Positions 1 to 9,028 of a DNA stretch of 32,000 nucleotides are shown piece after piece (positions within the stretch are counted from its first letter, which is position 1; the number at the start of each line of letters is the position of its first letter). Made by a program: the position numbers and the translations under genes. Under the pieces are notes generated by a model. That model made no database searches. It saw nothing but the letters and a program-made list of their open reading frames with translations, and was not told the DNA's origin. The stretch is from Zymomonas mobilis subsp. mobilis ATCC 10988 (GTDB taxonomy: Bacteria > Pseudomonadota > Alphaproteobacteria > Sphingomonadales > Sphingomonadaceae), in contig NC_017262.1 in NCBI RefSeq assembly GCF_000175255.2, forward strand, positions 180,001-212,000, read 5' to 3'.

Positions 1-245
1 TGCGTTCTGTGATCGGCATTGATAGATTACGGGTTGTTGGAGCAAATAGTTCGACAGGCCAAGGTACGTCTTTAGCAGCCGGAAAATATCTCTTCAAAAA
101 TGTGTATATGGAAGTGATTACCGATACTCATGGTTTTACAGCAACCCAGATCAGAATATCTTTGACCCGAACCCTGTCACTTCTAAGTGAAGCCAGTAGC
201 TTCGGGTCATCCAATGTCAGTTTGCGTTATTCAAAAGATTATTAG
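1..245 (+). CDS. 3' end of a TamB-like (DUF490-type) translocation and assembly module protein; 5' part lies outside the window
   Basis: The frame is open from the window edge to TAG at 243-245. The C-terminal residues (GKYLFKNVYMEV...VSLRYSKDY) resemble the conserved beta-rich C-terminal tail of TamB/DUF490 proteins, a pattern recalled from memory and not searched. Confidence 0.5.
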   Translation, partial: RSVIGIDRLRVVGANSSTGQGTSLAAGKYLFKNVYMEVITDTHGFTATQIRISLTRTLSLLSEASSFGSSNVSLRYSKDY

Positions 246-1516
246 CCTAACCAACTGGTTAGAGCCCAATGCGCTCTGACCGCTGTTTTCCATAATTCAG
301 GAAGAACGAGGTCATCTGGCGTAATCTTTTCAGGCCAGAAATTTTCGACGAGTTGATAGAGCTTTTCCCATCTTTTCGGTGTCAAGATAAAGCGCTGATC
401 AACGGCGTCCAAAGCAGCTTTAGATAGTGGCACTCGCAATCGCAGGCAGGCAGGCCCTCCGCCATTTGCCATACTTTCACGGACATCGACCACAACTGCT
501 TTTTTAATTGGATTGTTACCGCTAATAATCCGGTTGACCGTTTCCAAAACTGCAGGATCGCTTTTTACTTCCTGAGGTAAAATAAGCGCCATTGTCCGGT
601 CTTTTAAGGTAACAATTTGGCTATTAAACAGATAGCTTTTAACGGCCTGTTCCAAAGTAATATTATCAATAATAATCGGAATAAAACCGTCAATTTTTTC
701 GGCTATCCGCTTTATCCATTCGCCTTGGTCTTCAAAAGCTTCGGCATGTGCTAGCAAGACATACTCATTAGCCACGGCGACGACATCATTGTGAAAAGCG
801 CCTTTAGCAATTGCCTCTTTTTTCTGAGGGATAAACCATGCCAAATCAGGTTTCACCTCTCCCAATCGAGCCACCGCCTGACTTGCCCGCAGTTTTTGTC
901 TTGCCGGATAAATATCGTTTTTCTCGCCATAGACAAAAATATTTATTCCAGTGCGCCCATGTGCTGAGGTAATTCGCATGTGGTTTGCGGCGCCCTCATC
1001 GCTGAAATGCTGTCCGCAAGGCAAGGGATGGTGCATAGCAAAGAAACAGCTATTGGAAAAAATTTGGTTTAGCTGAGCATAGGTTGTTTGCGCTTCCAGA
1101 TGACGATGTAGCATCGTTGCTAGATTAGCTGTTATAAAGTGAACACGGCCATCATGGCTGTCAAATTCAGAAATAACCGTTGCTGCATTGGCCGCCCACA
1201 TTGAAGAAGCAGAGCAAAGATTATTAAATAACAGCCGATCATCCTTCGCAGCTTGCTTCAAAATAGTCTTGTCATCACCTTTATAACCCAGATGGTGCAA
1301 CAAATGGGTAACGGGTCGTAGAGGAGGTAAAAACACCCCTTGAGTTAGCCCCATATCCATCAGGTGCTTCATTTTTTCTATTCCCTGAAGCGCCGCTTGC
1401 CGCGGATAGGATGGCTGACCAGCATGAAGGGCGCTGGCGACATTTCCCCGCGATAATCCCGCATAATTGTGGGTGGGACCGATCAAACCATCAAAATTCA
1501 CTTCAGAAACAATCAT
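242..1516 (-). CDS. astB: N-succinylarginine dihydrolase (AstB family)
   Basis: 424-aa ORF. The N-terminus EVNFDGLIGPTHNYAGLSRGNVAS and the C-terminal ANGGGPACLRLRV (catalytic Cys region) are AstB hallmarks. Its stop overlaps the stop of the convergent tamB-like gene. Confidence 0.88.
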   Translation of the reverse strand: MIVSEVNFDGLIGPTHNYAGLSRGNVASALHAGQPSYPRQAALQGIEKMKHLMDMGLTQGVFLPPLRPVTHLLHHLGYKGDDKTILKQAAKDDRLLFNNLCSASSMWAANAATVISEFDSHDGRVHFITANLATMLHRHLEAQTTYAQLNQIFSNSCFFAMHHPLPCGQHFSDEGAANHMRITSAHGRTGINIFVYGEKNDIYPARQKLRASQAVARLGEVKPDLAWFIPQKKEAIAKGAFHNDVVAVANEYVLLAHAEAFEDQGEWIKRIAEKIDGFIPIIIDNITLEQAVKSYLFNSQIVTLKDRTMALILPQEVKSDPAVLETVNRIISGNNPIKKAVVVDVRESMANGGGPACLRLRVPLSKAALDAVDQRFILTPKRWEKLYQLVENFWPEKITPDDLVLPELWKTAVRAHWALTSWLG

Positions 1517-1641
1517 GTTTTTTCCTTTTTTGGTCTATCAATGGCAATGCATTAAGTAGATTCTATCTGGAAAGACGCGGCGGAAGGGCTTTCGACCTAA
1601 ATTTTTAATCAAGATTGGTTTAAAGGTTAATAGGATATAAA

Positions 1642-2676
1642 ATGAAACCTGTTTTTATTGGTATCGCTGATACTAGATTATCAGATCAGGAAAAAAAGCT
1701 ATTCCGTCAATATGAACCTGCCGGTTATATTCTTTTTCAGAGAAATATTACAGACCGTACGCAGCTAAAGAAATTGACGGCAGATTTGAGAGCCAATAGC
1801 CAACAGAATATTCCAATTTTAATTGATCAGGAGGGGGGACGGGTCGCCAGAATGAAGCCGCCGGTCTGGCCAGCTTTTCCTGCCGCCGCCCGATTTGATG
1901 AGCTTTATCAGAAAGCGCCGGTTAGTGCGATTGAAGCTGTACGTGCCAATAGCCATGCACTGGCTTTATTATTACAGGATGTTGGCATCAATGTTGATTG
2001 TATGCCGTTATTGGACCTCCGTGATCCTGAAGGTGATAACATCATCGGAGATCGCTCTTTTGGTCATAATCCCGAACAAGTCGCAGCCTTAGGACGGGCG
2101 GTATTAGACGGGCTGGCAAAAGGCAGCGTTTGCGGCATTATTAAACATATTCCGGGACATGGCCAAGCCAAAGTGGACAGTCACAAAGCCTTGCCAGTGG
2201 TTGATAGTCCTATCGAAATATTGGAACGGGATATCAGGCCTTTTCAACATTTACGTAATGCGAAAATGGCGATGACCGCCCATATTATTTATCAGGCATG
2301 GGATGAGGAAAGCTGCGCCAGCTATTCTTCAAAAATTATCCACGATATTATTCGCAAAAAAATCGGTTTTGAAGGTCTTCTTATGTCCGACGATATCGGC
2401 ATGAATGCTCTGGATGGTGATCCGGTAACACGGGCGCTACGCGTTTTTGATGCCGGTTGCGATATAGCGCTCCATTGCTCCGGAAAATTCGATGAGATGA
2501 AAGCTATTTTAGAAAATATGGATGAGATCAGACCAGAAAGCTTTGCTGCCTTGGAAAAGGTAACCAATGAATTTTCAAGCGCTTCTGATTTTGATTTGGA
2601 TAGAGCAGAGAATAAAGCTCTTTTTGATCGCTGCATTGCCGAGCGCGATGCTTTATTTCTAGAAGCAGCAGTCTAG
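1642..2676 (+). CDS. nagZ: beta-N-acetylhexosaminidase, glycoside hydrolase family 3 (NagZ)
   Basis: 344-aa ORF with IDQEGGRVARM, KHIPGHG and MSDDIGM motifs typical of NagZ. The size fits single-domain GH3 NagZ. Confidence 0.85.
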   Translation: MKPVFIGIADTRLSDQEKKLFRQYEPAGYILFQRNITDRTQLKKLTADLRANSQQNIPILIDQEGGRVARMKPPVWPAFPAAARFDELYQKAPVSAIEAVRANSHALALLLQDVGINVDCMPLLDLRDPEGDNIIGDRSFGHNPEQVAALGRAVLDGLAKGSVCGIIKHIPGHGQAKVDSHKALPVVDSPIEILERDIRPFQHLRNAKMAMTAHIIYQAWDEESCASYSSKIIHDIIRKKIGFEGLLMSDDIGMNALDGDPVTRALRVFDAGCDIALHCSGKFDEMKAILENMDEIRPESFAALEKVTNEFSSASDFDLDRAENKALFDRCIAERDALFLEAAV

Positions 2677-2981
2677 TCCTCCATTAAAGGCACTGAAAAA
2701 ACGGACAACAGCGGTTTTTCCAAAAACCTTTTGAACATACTGGCAAAATCCTGAAAAATATCACTTTTTTCATGTGCCAAAAAGGCGGCATGATCTTGCC
2801 AACGCTCATTCAGAATAAAGCGGGGTGGCTGGCTTTTGTCATATCCAATATGGAAAGCCAGATAGCCTTCTTCTGTTTTTGATTGGTCGGCATAATGAAG
2901 CAAAGCCTGCTGAAGAGCTTCCTGTTGATCGGCCTTAGCCGTTAGAATGGTGGTAATATCAAACTCGGCTGTCATATTCAT
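2673..2981 (-). CDS. ABM-fold protein (antibiotic biosynthesis monooxygenase / putative quinol monooxygenase family)
   Basis: 102-aa ORF. Its size and pattern (ILTAKADQQEALQQALL...YLAFHIGYD...ERWQDHAAFLAHEKSD) match small ferredoxin-like ABM domain proteins. It shares a 4-nt convergent overlap with the nagZ stop. Confidence 0.55.
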   Translation of the reverse strand: MNMTAEFDITTILTAKADQQEALQQALLHYADQSKTEEGYLAFHIGYDKSQPPRFILNERWQDHAAFLAHEKSDIFQDFASMFKRFLEKPLLSVFSVPLMED

Positions 2982-3027
2982 ATTCCATCTGAAAAAATAT
3001 GTTTACCTATCTGTAATCATAGAATTT

Positions 3028-3888
3028 TTAAAATTTTAGCCCTGAAAGAATTAAAGCGCCGTCTAAAGCATCACCTTGGGATGGACTTAATTTACAGGAA
3101 ATATGGTTTGAAAGCCATGGCATAAAGGGGGCAGCCAATCCGCCCATCAAACAGCAGCGCGCTACCCCTTTTTGAAAAATGACTTCAATAAAATTTTCGA
3201 TATAGGCAACGGCCTTTTGGATAATAGAATAGGCGACAGGATCACCCTCTATGCCAGCTTCTATAACCCAAGGGGCAAAAAGAGCGTAATCTGTTGCTGT
3301 TGCGGCATCCATCCATGCGACCAATCCTAATATATCATCTGAAAAATGATGGATAACCCTTTCTGTAAAAATAGTTTTTTGAATACGACCATCATAAGCT
3401 CTTAGGCTATGCCGAATAGATTCCAAGCCTAACCATGCGCCACTGGCTTCATCGGAAATAGGGAATCCATACCCGCCTAATGTTTCGCTTTTTCCGTCTA
3501 TTCGGATATGGGCAATGCTGCCGGTGCCTAATATAAGAATGGCACCGTCATGCCCCCGATGCGCGCCAATATTAGCAATTTCATCATCACCAGTATAGCG
3601 TATTGCAGCAAAAGGAGATGGCATTTCTTCAAGGGCTCGTTGTAGACCCGGACGAGAAAGGCCAGCGATTCCAAAAGCGGCATGGACAGATGACCAGTCG
3701 TTTTTATTCAAGCCAGCCTCTTGGCAAGCCAGTTCAGTCACTTGCATCAACAAAGGCCAAAGATTGGCAATTCCGATACGGGCATTGGCTGCCCCGATTT
3801 CTGCGCTACCAAGAATACGGCCATTCTGATCGGTCAAGCGTGACCGGCAATGACTTCCTCCAGCATCAACCCCCAAAAAATAGACCAT
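3028..3888 (-). CDS. BadF/BadG/BcrA/BcrD-type ATPase, N-acetylglucosamine-kinase-like sugar kinase
   Basis: The N-terminal phosphate-1 motif FLGVDAGGSHCR and the later GTGSI and GGYGFPISDEASGAW motifs belong to the BadF-type GlcNAc kinase family. I prefer ATG at 3888 (MVYFLGVDAGG). The longest ORF extends to a TTG at 3948. Confidence 0.7.
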   Translation of the reverse strand: MVYFLGVDAGGSHCRSRLTDQNGRILGSAEIGAANARIGIANLWPLLMQVTELACQEAGLNKNDWSSVHAAFGIAGLSRPGLQRALEEMPSPFAAIRYTGDDEIANIGAHRGHDGAILILGTGSIAHIRIDGKSETLGGYGFPISDEASGAWLGLESIRHSLRAYDGRIQKTIFTERVIHHFSDDILGLVAWMDAATATDYALFAPWVIEAGIEGDPVAYSIIQKAVAYIENFIEVIFQKGVARCCLMGGLAAPFMPWLSNHISCKLSPSQGDALDGALILSGLKF

Positions 3889-4086
3889 TTCAGAATTCCA
3901 CTGATTAGATTTGACCCTTTGATTGCGATTAAATCGCGATAAATCCAAGATATTACAGCTCGTTGCCAGAAATTTTTCAAAATCTGTTGGTTCTTGTCAC
4001 CTTATTTATGAATCTGTTTTTTTGAATTAGGTATTTTCTTTTTCTTTTTGACATTTAAGCTGGCGGGTCAATTTCAGGGAGGGGTT

Positions 4087-6042
4087 ATGTCTCGATTAAA
4101 GCTCAGTGTAAATTTATCAGCTATGAAAAAATATCTGATGCGAGGTAGTGTCGTTGCCTCGCTGACCTCCATTCTAGCGATACCAGCCTTATCCTCTGCA
4201 CCGGACAAGACGATTTGGCCAGAAAATGGCGATATCGCGATGCATTTTTCGGCACCGACTGCGCATTATGATTATGAAAAGCAGGAGGTCATGATCCCGA
4301 TGCGAGATGGTGTTAAATTACACACTGTCATTGTTGTTCCGAAAAACGGTCGTAACCTTCCTATCCTGTTAACGCGAACGCCCTATGATGCGTCTAGTCG
4401 AACAAGCCGCAGTGATAGCCCCTCTATGCTGGCAACCTTACCAGAGGGAGATGAGGTTTTTGTCCGTGACGGGTATATTCGTGTTTTTCAGGATGTGCGG
4501 GGCAAATATGGTTCCGAAGGTGTCTATGTCGTCACTCGTCCGCCCGTTGGTGATTTAAACCCGACCAAAGTCGATCATACAACCGATGCGTGGGATACGA
4601 TTGAATGGCTGACCAAACATATTCCTGAAAGCAATGGTCGTGTTGGTATGATTGGTTCTTCTTATGAAGGATTTACCGTTGTCGCGGCCTTGCTTAATCC
4701 ACATCCTGCGTTGAAAGTTGCCGCACCGGAAAGCCCGATGGTTGATGGCTGGATGGGGGATGACTGGTTCCATTACGGCGCGTTCCGACAGGCGGCTTTT
4801 GACTATTTTCTCCGGCAAATGACCGCAAAAGGGACAGGTGCACCGCCTGTCCATGGTGCTTATGATGATTACAAGGCTTTCCTTGAAACCGGATCGGCAG
4901 GCAATTGGGCAAAAAAAGAAGGTATTGACCAAATTCCTTGGTGGCAACGTCTAAGCATCCATCCGGCTTATGATAAATTCTGGCAAGGGCAGGCTTTAGA
5001 TCAGTTAGTGGCCGCGCATCCTTCTCATGTCCCAACCATGTGGATTCAAGGACTCTGGGATCAGGAAGACATGTGGGGCGCTATCCATAGCTTTGAATCT
5101 TTAAAAAATGCAGGCCATATTGATACCAATTATCTGGTGATGGGGCCTTGGCGGCATAGTCAGGTCAATTATAACGGTTCTTCATTGGGGGCTTTACATT
5201 GGGATGGGGATACCGCGCTCCAATTCCGGCGTGATACATTGCTGCCTTTCTTTAACCGCTATCTGAAAGATAAACAGCCAGCAGAAGAAACACCCAAAGC
5301 CTTGATTTATAATACCGGCGAAAATCATTGGGATAAATTGAATGACTGGCAAACGGACAAGGAAAAGCAACTCACACCGCTTTATTTACAGGCACAATCA
5401 GCTTTATCCTTTACCAAGCCGACATCTGGTAATGCCCCTTCGGATCAATATATTTCTGACCCTAAAAAGCCGGTGCCTTATCTGCCAACACCAATCACCT
5501 TTGCCGATACAACACGTTGGAAACAATGGTTGGTCGAAGATCAGCGCTTTGCCGCCAGCCGTCCTGATGTTTTGACCTATGAGACACCGGTTCTTGATCA
5601 TCCCGTAAAATTAAGAGGTGCGCCTTTCGCCAATCTTTTAGCAGCAACGACTGGAAGTGATGTTGATTGGGTGGTGAAGTTGATTGACGTTTATCCCGAT
5701 GAGATGCCCTCTGATCCCAAAATGGGAGGATATCAACTGGCGATCAGCATGGATATTTTCAGAGGCCGTTATCGCAACAGTTTTGAGAAGCCGTCACCCG
5801 TGCCAGCCGGAAAAGTCCAACAATATCGCTTCCGTTTACCGGTTGTTGATCATGTTTTTCTGCCGGGGCATCGGATTATGGTTCAAATTCAGTCAAGCCT
5901 TTTCCCGCTTTATGATCGTAATCCGCAGCGTTATGTCGAAAATATTATGTTCGCCAAGCCTTCTGATTATGCGGCAACCGTAGAAACGGTTATGCATTCA
6001 CCGGATCAGGCAAGCTCGGTTGAATTGCCGATTATCCCATAA
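4087..6042 (+). CDS. secreted CocE/NonD-family serine hydrolase (peptidase S15 / X-Pro dipeptidyl-peptidase fold; alpha-amino-acid ester hydrolase-like)
   Basis: A strong SD (GGGAGGGG) precedes ATG 4087, while the track start at TTG 4048 has none. There is a signal-peptide-like N-terminus (MKKYLMRGSVVASLTSILAIPALSSAP). The nucleophile elbow GSSYEGF and the MVDGWMGDDWFHYGAF and WDQEDMWG segments are as recalled for the alpha-amino acid ester hydrolase / glutaryl-7-ACA acylase subgroup. Confidence 0.75.
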   Translation: MSRLKLSVNLSAMKKYLMRGSVVASLTSILAIPALSSAPDKTIWPENGDIAMHFSAPTAHYDYEKQEVMIPMRDGVKLHTVIVVPKNGRNLPILLTRTPYDASSRTSRSDSPSMLATLPEGDEVFVRDGYIRVFQDVRGKYGSEGVYVVTRPPVGDLNPTKVDHTTDAWDTIEWLTKHIPESNGRVGMIGSSYEGFTVVAALLNPHPALKVAAPESPMVDGWMGDDWFHYGAFRQAAFDYFLRQMTAKGTGAPPVHGAYDDYKAFLETGSAGNWAKKEGIDQIPWWQRLSIHPAYDKFWQGQALDQLVAAHPSHVPTMWIQGLWDQEDMWGAIHSFESLKNAGHIDTNYLVMGPWRHSQVNYNGSSLGALHWDGDTALQFRRDTLLPFFNRYLKDKQPAEETPKALIYNTGENHWDKLNDWQTDKEKQLTPLYLQAQSALSFTKPTSGNAPSDQYISDPKKPVPYLPTPITFADTTRWKQWLVEDQRFAASRPDVLTYETPVLDHPVKLRGAPFANLLAATTGSDVDWVVKLIDVYPDEMPSDPKMGGYQLAISMDIFRGRYRNSFEKPSPVPAGKVQQYRFRLPVVDHVFLPGHRIMVQIQSSLFPLYDRNPQRYVENIMFAKPSDYAATVETVMHSPDQASSVELPIIP

Positions 6043-6060
6043 ATCTTTGAGAATAAATCC

Positions 6061-6097
6061 ACTACTGGGGAAGCTGTTTTTCAGCTTTCTCGGTAGT
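6061..6097 (+). terminator. stem-loop just downstream of the hydrolase gene (terminator-like, no clear U-tract)
   Basis: actactggggaagctg (6061-6076) pairs with cagctttctcggtagt (6082-6097), giving 16 bp including 3 G-U pairs. The loop is ttttt. The downstream sequence is A-rich rather than T-rich, so the intrinsic-terminator call is tentative. Confidence 0.4.
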
Positions 6098-6131
6098 AGA
6101 AAAACAAGTTTTAAATTCTGTCAGTTAAGAC

Positions 6132-6159
6132 TTGCTATTCTGTTTCTGCTCTCTATGTT
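6132..6159 (+). promoter_or_regulatory. candidate sigma70-type recA promoter
   Basis: TTGCTA (6132-6137), a 16-nt spacer, then TATGTT (6154-6159), about 100 nt upstream of recA. The -10 element overlaps the SOS box. This is a pattern match only. Confidence 0.3.
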
Positions 6160-6171
6160 CACCTTATGTTC
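6157..6171 (+). promoter_or_regulatory. alphaproteobacterial LexA operator (SOS box) GTTC-N7-GTTC upstream of recA
   Basis: GTTCaccttatGTTC at 6157-6171 is an exact match to the GTTC-N7-GTTC direct-repeat LexA motif described for Rhodobacter and Rhizobium. It lies 89 nt upstream of the recA ATG. Confidence 0.7.
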
Positions 6172-6259
6172 TTCATGCTGTTCCGGTATATTCGACGCAA
6201 TCCTGACATTATGCCGGTTGATGCCTTAAGAGAGACGTTATAGGAGAAGGGGGGTAGCG

Positions 6260-7324
6260 ATGGCTCCGCAAAATAAGGTTACGACTTCCGGTAAGGATAA
6301 TAATATGGACAAGCAAAAAGCCCTTGAAGCGGCTTTGGCTCAGATTGACCGCGCTTTTGGTAAAGGTTCGGTTATGCGCTTGGGGTCTCGTGAAAAAATC
6401 GAGATTGATACAATTTCCAGCGGATCACTTGGCCTTGATATTGCGCTGGGCATTGGTGGCTTGCCCCGTGGCCGTATCGTCGAAATCTATGGTCCTGAAA
6501 GCTCGGGTAAAACAACTTTAGCCCTCCATGCTATCGCTGAAGCACAAAAAGCAGGTGGAACAGCGGCCTTTGTCGATGCTGAACATGCGCTTGATCCGGT
6601 CTATGCCAAAAAACTGGGCGTTAATACGGATGATCTAATCGTCTCTCAGCCTGATACGGGTGAGCAGGCTCTGGAAATTACAGATACCCTGATCCGTTCT
6701 AACGCTGTTGATATATTGGTTGTCGATTCTGTTGCGGCCTTAACGCCTCGCGCTGAAATCGAAGGCGAAATGGGCGATAGTCACGTTGGTTTGCAAGCCC
6801 GTTTGATGAGTCAGGCGCTTCGCAAAATTACCGGCTCAATCAACCGCTCTCAAACTTTGGTTATTTTTATTAACCAAGTCCGGATGAAAATCGGGGTTAT
6901 GTATGGCAACCCTGAAACGACAACGGGCGGTAACGCTCTGAAATTCTATGCCAGCGTTCGGCTTGATATCCGTCGTGTAGGACAAATTAAAGATCGCGAT
7001 GAAATCGTTGGTAATGCCACCCGTGTCAAAGTGGTAAAAAACAAGCTGGCTCCGCCTTTCAAGCAGGTTGAATTCGATATCATGTATGGAGAAGGTGTCT
7101 CCAAGATGGGCGAAATTCTCGATCTAGGCGTAAAGGCCGGTATTATCGACAAGTCAGGTTCATGGTTCAGTCATGATTCCGTTCGCATCGGTCAGGGACG
7201 TGAAAATGCCAAAACGTTCTTGCGTGAACATCCTGAAATGACTGAAAAAATTGAAAAAATGATTCGTCATAATACGGCTGAAATTGCCGACGAAATGCTG
7301 GATCCATCTATCCCTGAAGATTAG
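6260..7324 (+). CDS. recA: recombinase RecA
   Basis: 354-aa ORF with [22 protein letters not shown], Walker [10 protein letters not shown] and the remainder of the protein unmistakably RecA. The SD GGAGAAGGGGGG precedes ATG 6260. An alternative start is the ATG at 6305 (MDKQKAL). Confidence 0.97.
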   Translation: MAPQNKVTTSGKDNNMDKQKALEAALAQIDRAFGKGSVMRLGSREKIEIDTISSGSLGLDIALGIGGLPRGRIVEIYGPESSGKTTLALHAIAEAQKAGGTAAFVDAEHALDPVYAKKLGVNTDDLIVSQPDTGEQALEITDTLIRSNAVDILVVDSVAALTPRAEIEGEMGDSHVGLQARLMSQALRKITGSINRSQTLVIFINQVRMKIGVMYGNPETTTGGNALKFYASVRLDIRRVGQIKDRDEIVGNATRVKVVKNKLAPPFKQVEFDIMYGEGVSKMGEILDLGVKAGIIDKSGSWFSHDSVRIGQGRENAKTFLREHPEMTEKIEKMIRHNTAEIADEMLDPSIPED

Positions 7325-7350
7325 GTTTTTGACCAAAAATCTAATCTTGA

Positions 7351-7381
7351 AAAGAGGTCAGTTTTATCTGGCCTCTTTTTT
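7351..7381 (+). terminator. rho-independent terminator of recA
   Basis: aaagaggtcag (7351-7361) pairs with ctggcctcttt (7368-7378), 11 bp with one G-U. The loop is ttttat, and a T-run follows through 7381. Confidence 0.75.
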
Positions 7382-7401
7382 GTATTGGATTCATCAGTAA
7401 A

Positions 7402-8247
7402 ATGGAAAAGATCAGCATCATTAAAAAATGCCTTGAAGCTGCATATTCAGGGCTAAAAACGGTCATTGATTATGCCTTACCGCCACGCTGCCCAAATTGT
7501 GGCGCGGTCATTCTGGCTGATCATAGTTTTTGTGTTGAATGTTGGCAATCTCTTCACTTCTTGGTTGAGCCTGCCTGTATTCAATGCGGATTTCCTCTGC
7601 CGAGAGATCAACAATATGAGCCTCTTTGTGGCCGTTGTTTACAGCATCCACCTTCTTTTGATCGGATGAATGCCGCTGTAGCTTATGATGAAATTTCGAA
7701 GCAGCTTATCTTGCGTTGTAAATATGGCAAGCAAACCATGCTAGCGCGCGATATGGCCAAATTGATGATGCGTTTTTTGCCTATAAAGAGCAACATCAAG
7801 GCCATTCAGAACAATCTTTTAGCAGATAAAAACTGCCCGCCGAATATGTCGTCATCTTCGCCCCAAACACCTTTAATCATACCTGTGCCCCTTCATCGTT
7901 GGAGGCTGTGGCAGCGCGGCTTCAATCAGGCAGCTTTGATCGGGCAATATCTCGCTAAGGCCAGCGGCTATGACTATGATTGCGATAGCTTATATCGCCG
8001 TCATTCCACAAAACCACTAGGGCATTTAACGCCTAAACAACGCCATCAAATGGTAAAAAATGCTTTTGGCCTACGGATCGGAAAAAAAGACAGACCATTA
8101 GCAGGTCGCGATATTATTTTGATCGATGATGTTTTTACCAGCGGTGCAACGACAGAAAGCTGCGCTCGCTTGCTAAAAACGGCTGGGGTAAAATCAGTTC
8201 ATGTCTTATGCTGGGCAAGGGTTATCCCGAAAGATGATTTTTTATAA
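7402..8247 (+). CDS. comF: ComF-family protein (amidophosphoribosyltransferase-like, ComFC type)
   Basis: It has an N-terminal 4-Cys zinc-finger pattern (CPNCG...CVECW...CIQCG...CGRC) and the C-terminal PRTase motif IILIDDVFTSGAT. Confidence 0.8.
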   Translation: MEKISIIKKCLEAAYSGLKTVIDYALPPRCPNCGAVILADHSFCVECWQSLHFLVEPACIQCGFPLPRDQQYEPLCGRCLQHPPSFDRMNAAVAYDEISKQLILRCKYGKQTMLARDMAKLMMRFLPIKSNIKAIQNNLLADKNCPPNMSSSSPQTPLIIPVPLHRWRLWQRGFNQAALIGQYLAKASGYDYDCDSLYRRHSTKPLGHLTPKQRHQMVKNAFGLRIGKKDRPLAGRDIILIDDVFTSGATTESCARLLKTAGVKSVHVLCWARVIPKDDFL

Positions 8248-8270
8248 AAACGAAAAAACAAGTCGTTTCA

Positions 8271-8320
8271 CGGTTATTCAAACAGACTTTTCAGATAGCC
8301 CATTAGAATAACCGCTTTTT
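8271..8320 (+). terminator. possible terminator between convergent comF and phoB
   Basis: cggttattc (8271-8279) pairs with gaataaccg (8306-8314), a 9-bp stem followed by cttttt. The 26-nt loop is unusually large, so confidence is low. Confidence 0.3.
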
Positions 8321-8332
8321 CAGCTTGGTTCT

Positions 8333-9028
8333 TTATTCTTCATCTGTATCCAAGGCATAACCAGCGGAACGGACTGTCCTGATAAGATCTGGCAAGCCGT
8401 CCCGATTTAAAGCTTTCCGAAGACGACGGATATGAACATCAACAGTCCTTAATTCGATGTCACTATCCTGCCCCCAGATATAATCCAGAAGCTTTTCTCG
8501 CGAAAAGACGCGTCTTGGATATTCCATCAAATGCCTTAAGAGACGAAATTCCGTCGGGCCTATCGAAACATTTGTGCCAGCTCGTTTGACGCGATGACTG
8601 ACCAAATCCATTTCTATATCATTATAGGTCAATTGTTCTTTGCTAAGGGCGGGGCGGATGCGACGCAACACAGCAAGCACTCTTGCAACCAGCTCACGAG
8701 GTGAAAAAGGCTTGGTGACATAATCATCCGCACCGGTTTCAAGTCCTCTAATCCGGTCATCTTCTTCGCCCCGCGCCGTCAGCATAATAATCGGAAGATT
8801 AGCCGTTTCTGGATAACGCCGTAACTGCCGACAGACTTCGATCCCCGAAGTGCCTTCTACCATCCAGTCAAGAAGCATAATATCGGGCGGATTTTCCCGC
8901 GCCAATAATAAGGCTTCATCCCCATCTCGCGTATGAACAACTTCAAAATTTTGCTTGCTAAAATGCCATTTCAGTAATTCGGCAAGAGCATCGTCATCTT
9001 CAACGAGTAGTAGCCGTAAAGCGGCCAT
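8333..9028 (-). CDS. phoB: phosphate regulon response regulator PhoB (OmpR family)
   Basis: 231-aa ORF with a receiver domain (LLVEDD...MLLDWMVEGTSGIEVCRQLR) and a winged-helix C-terminal domain. It sits immediately downstream of phoU, with TAATG overlapping the phoU stop. Confidence 0.9.
   Translation of the reverse strand: MAALRLLLVEDDDALAELLKWHFSKQNFEVVHTRDGDEALLLARENPPDIMLLDWMVEGTSGIEVCRQLRRYPETANLPIIMLTARGEEDDRIRGLETGADDYVTKPFSPRELVARVLAVLRRIRPALSKEQLTYNDIEMDLVSHRVKRAGTNVSIGPTEFRLLRHLMEYPRRVFSREKLLDYIWGQDSDIELRTVDVHIRRLRKALNRDGLPDLIRTVRSAGYALDTDEE

Noticed and set aside
1411-1608. 65-aa plus-strand ORF
   Set aside because: It is mostly antisense to the astB 5' end and the divergent promoter region, with no support.
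2333-2341. DnaA-box-like TTATCCACG inside nagZ
   Set aside because: It is a single 8/9 match inside a coding region with no cluster of boxes or AT-rich unwinding element nearby. It is not an origin.
6168-6183. Second overlapping GTTC...GTTC pair next to the recA SOS box
   Set aside because: The spacing is N8, not the N7 required by the alphaproteobacterial LexA motif. I count only the 6157-6171 site.
6020-6229. 69-aa plus-strand ORF between the hydrolase gene and recA
   Set aside because: It is TTG-initiated inside the 3' end of the hydrolase gene. It runs through the hairpin, the candidate recA promoter and the SOS box. Its low-complexity Leu/Phe/Cys composition is typical of a T-rich non-coding region.
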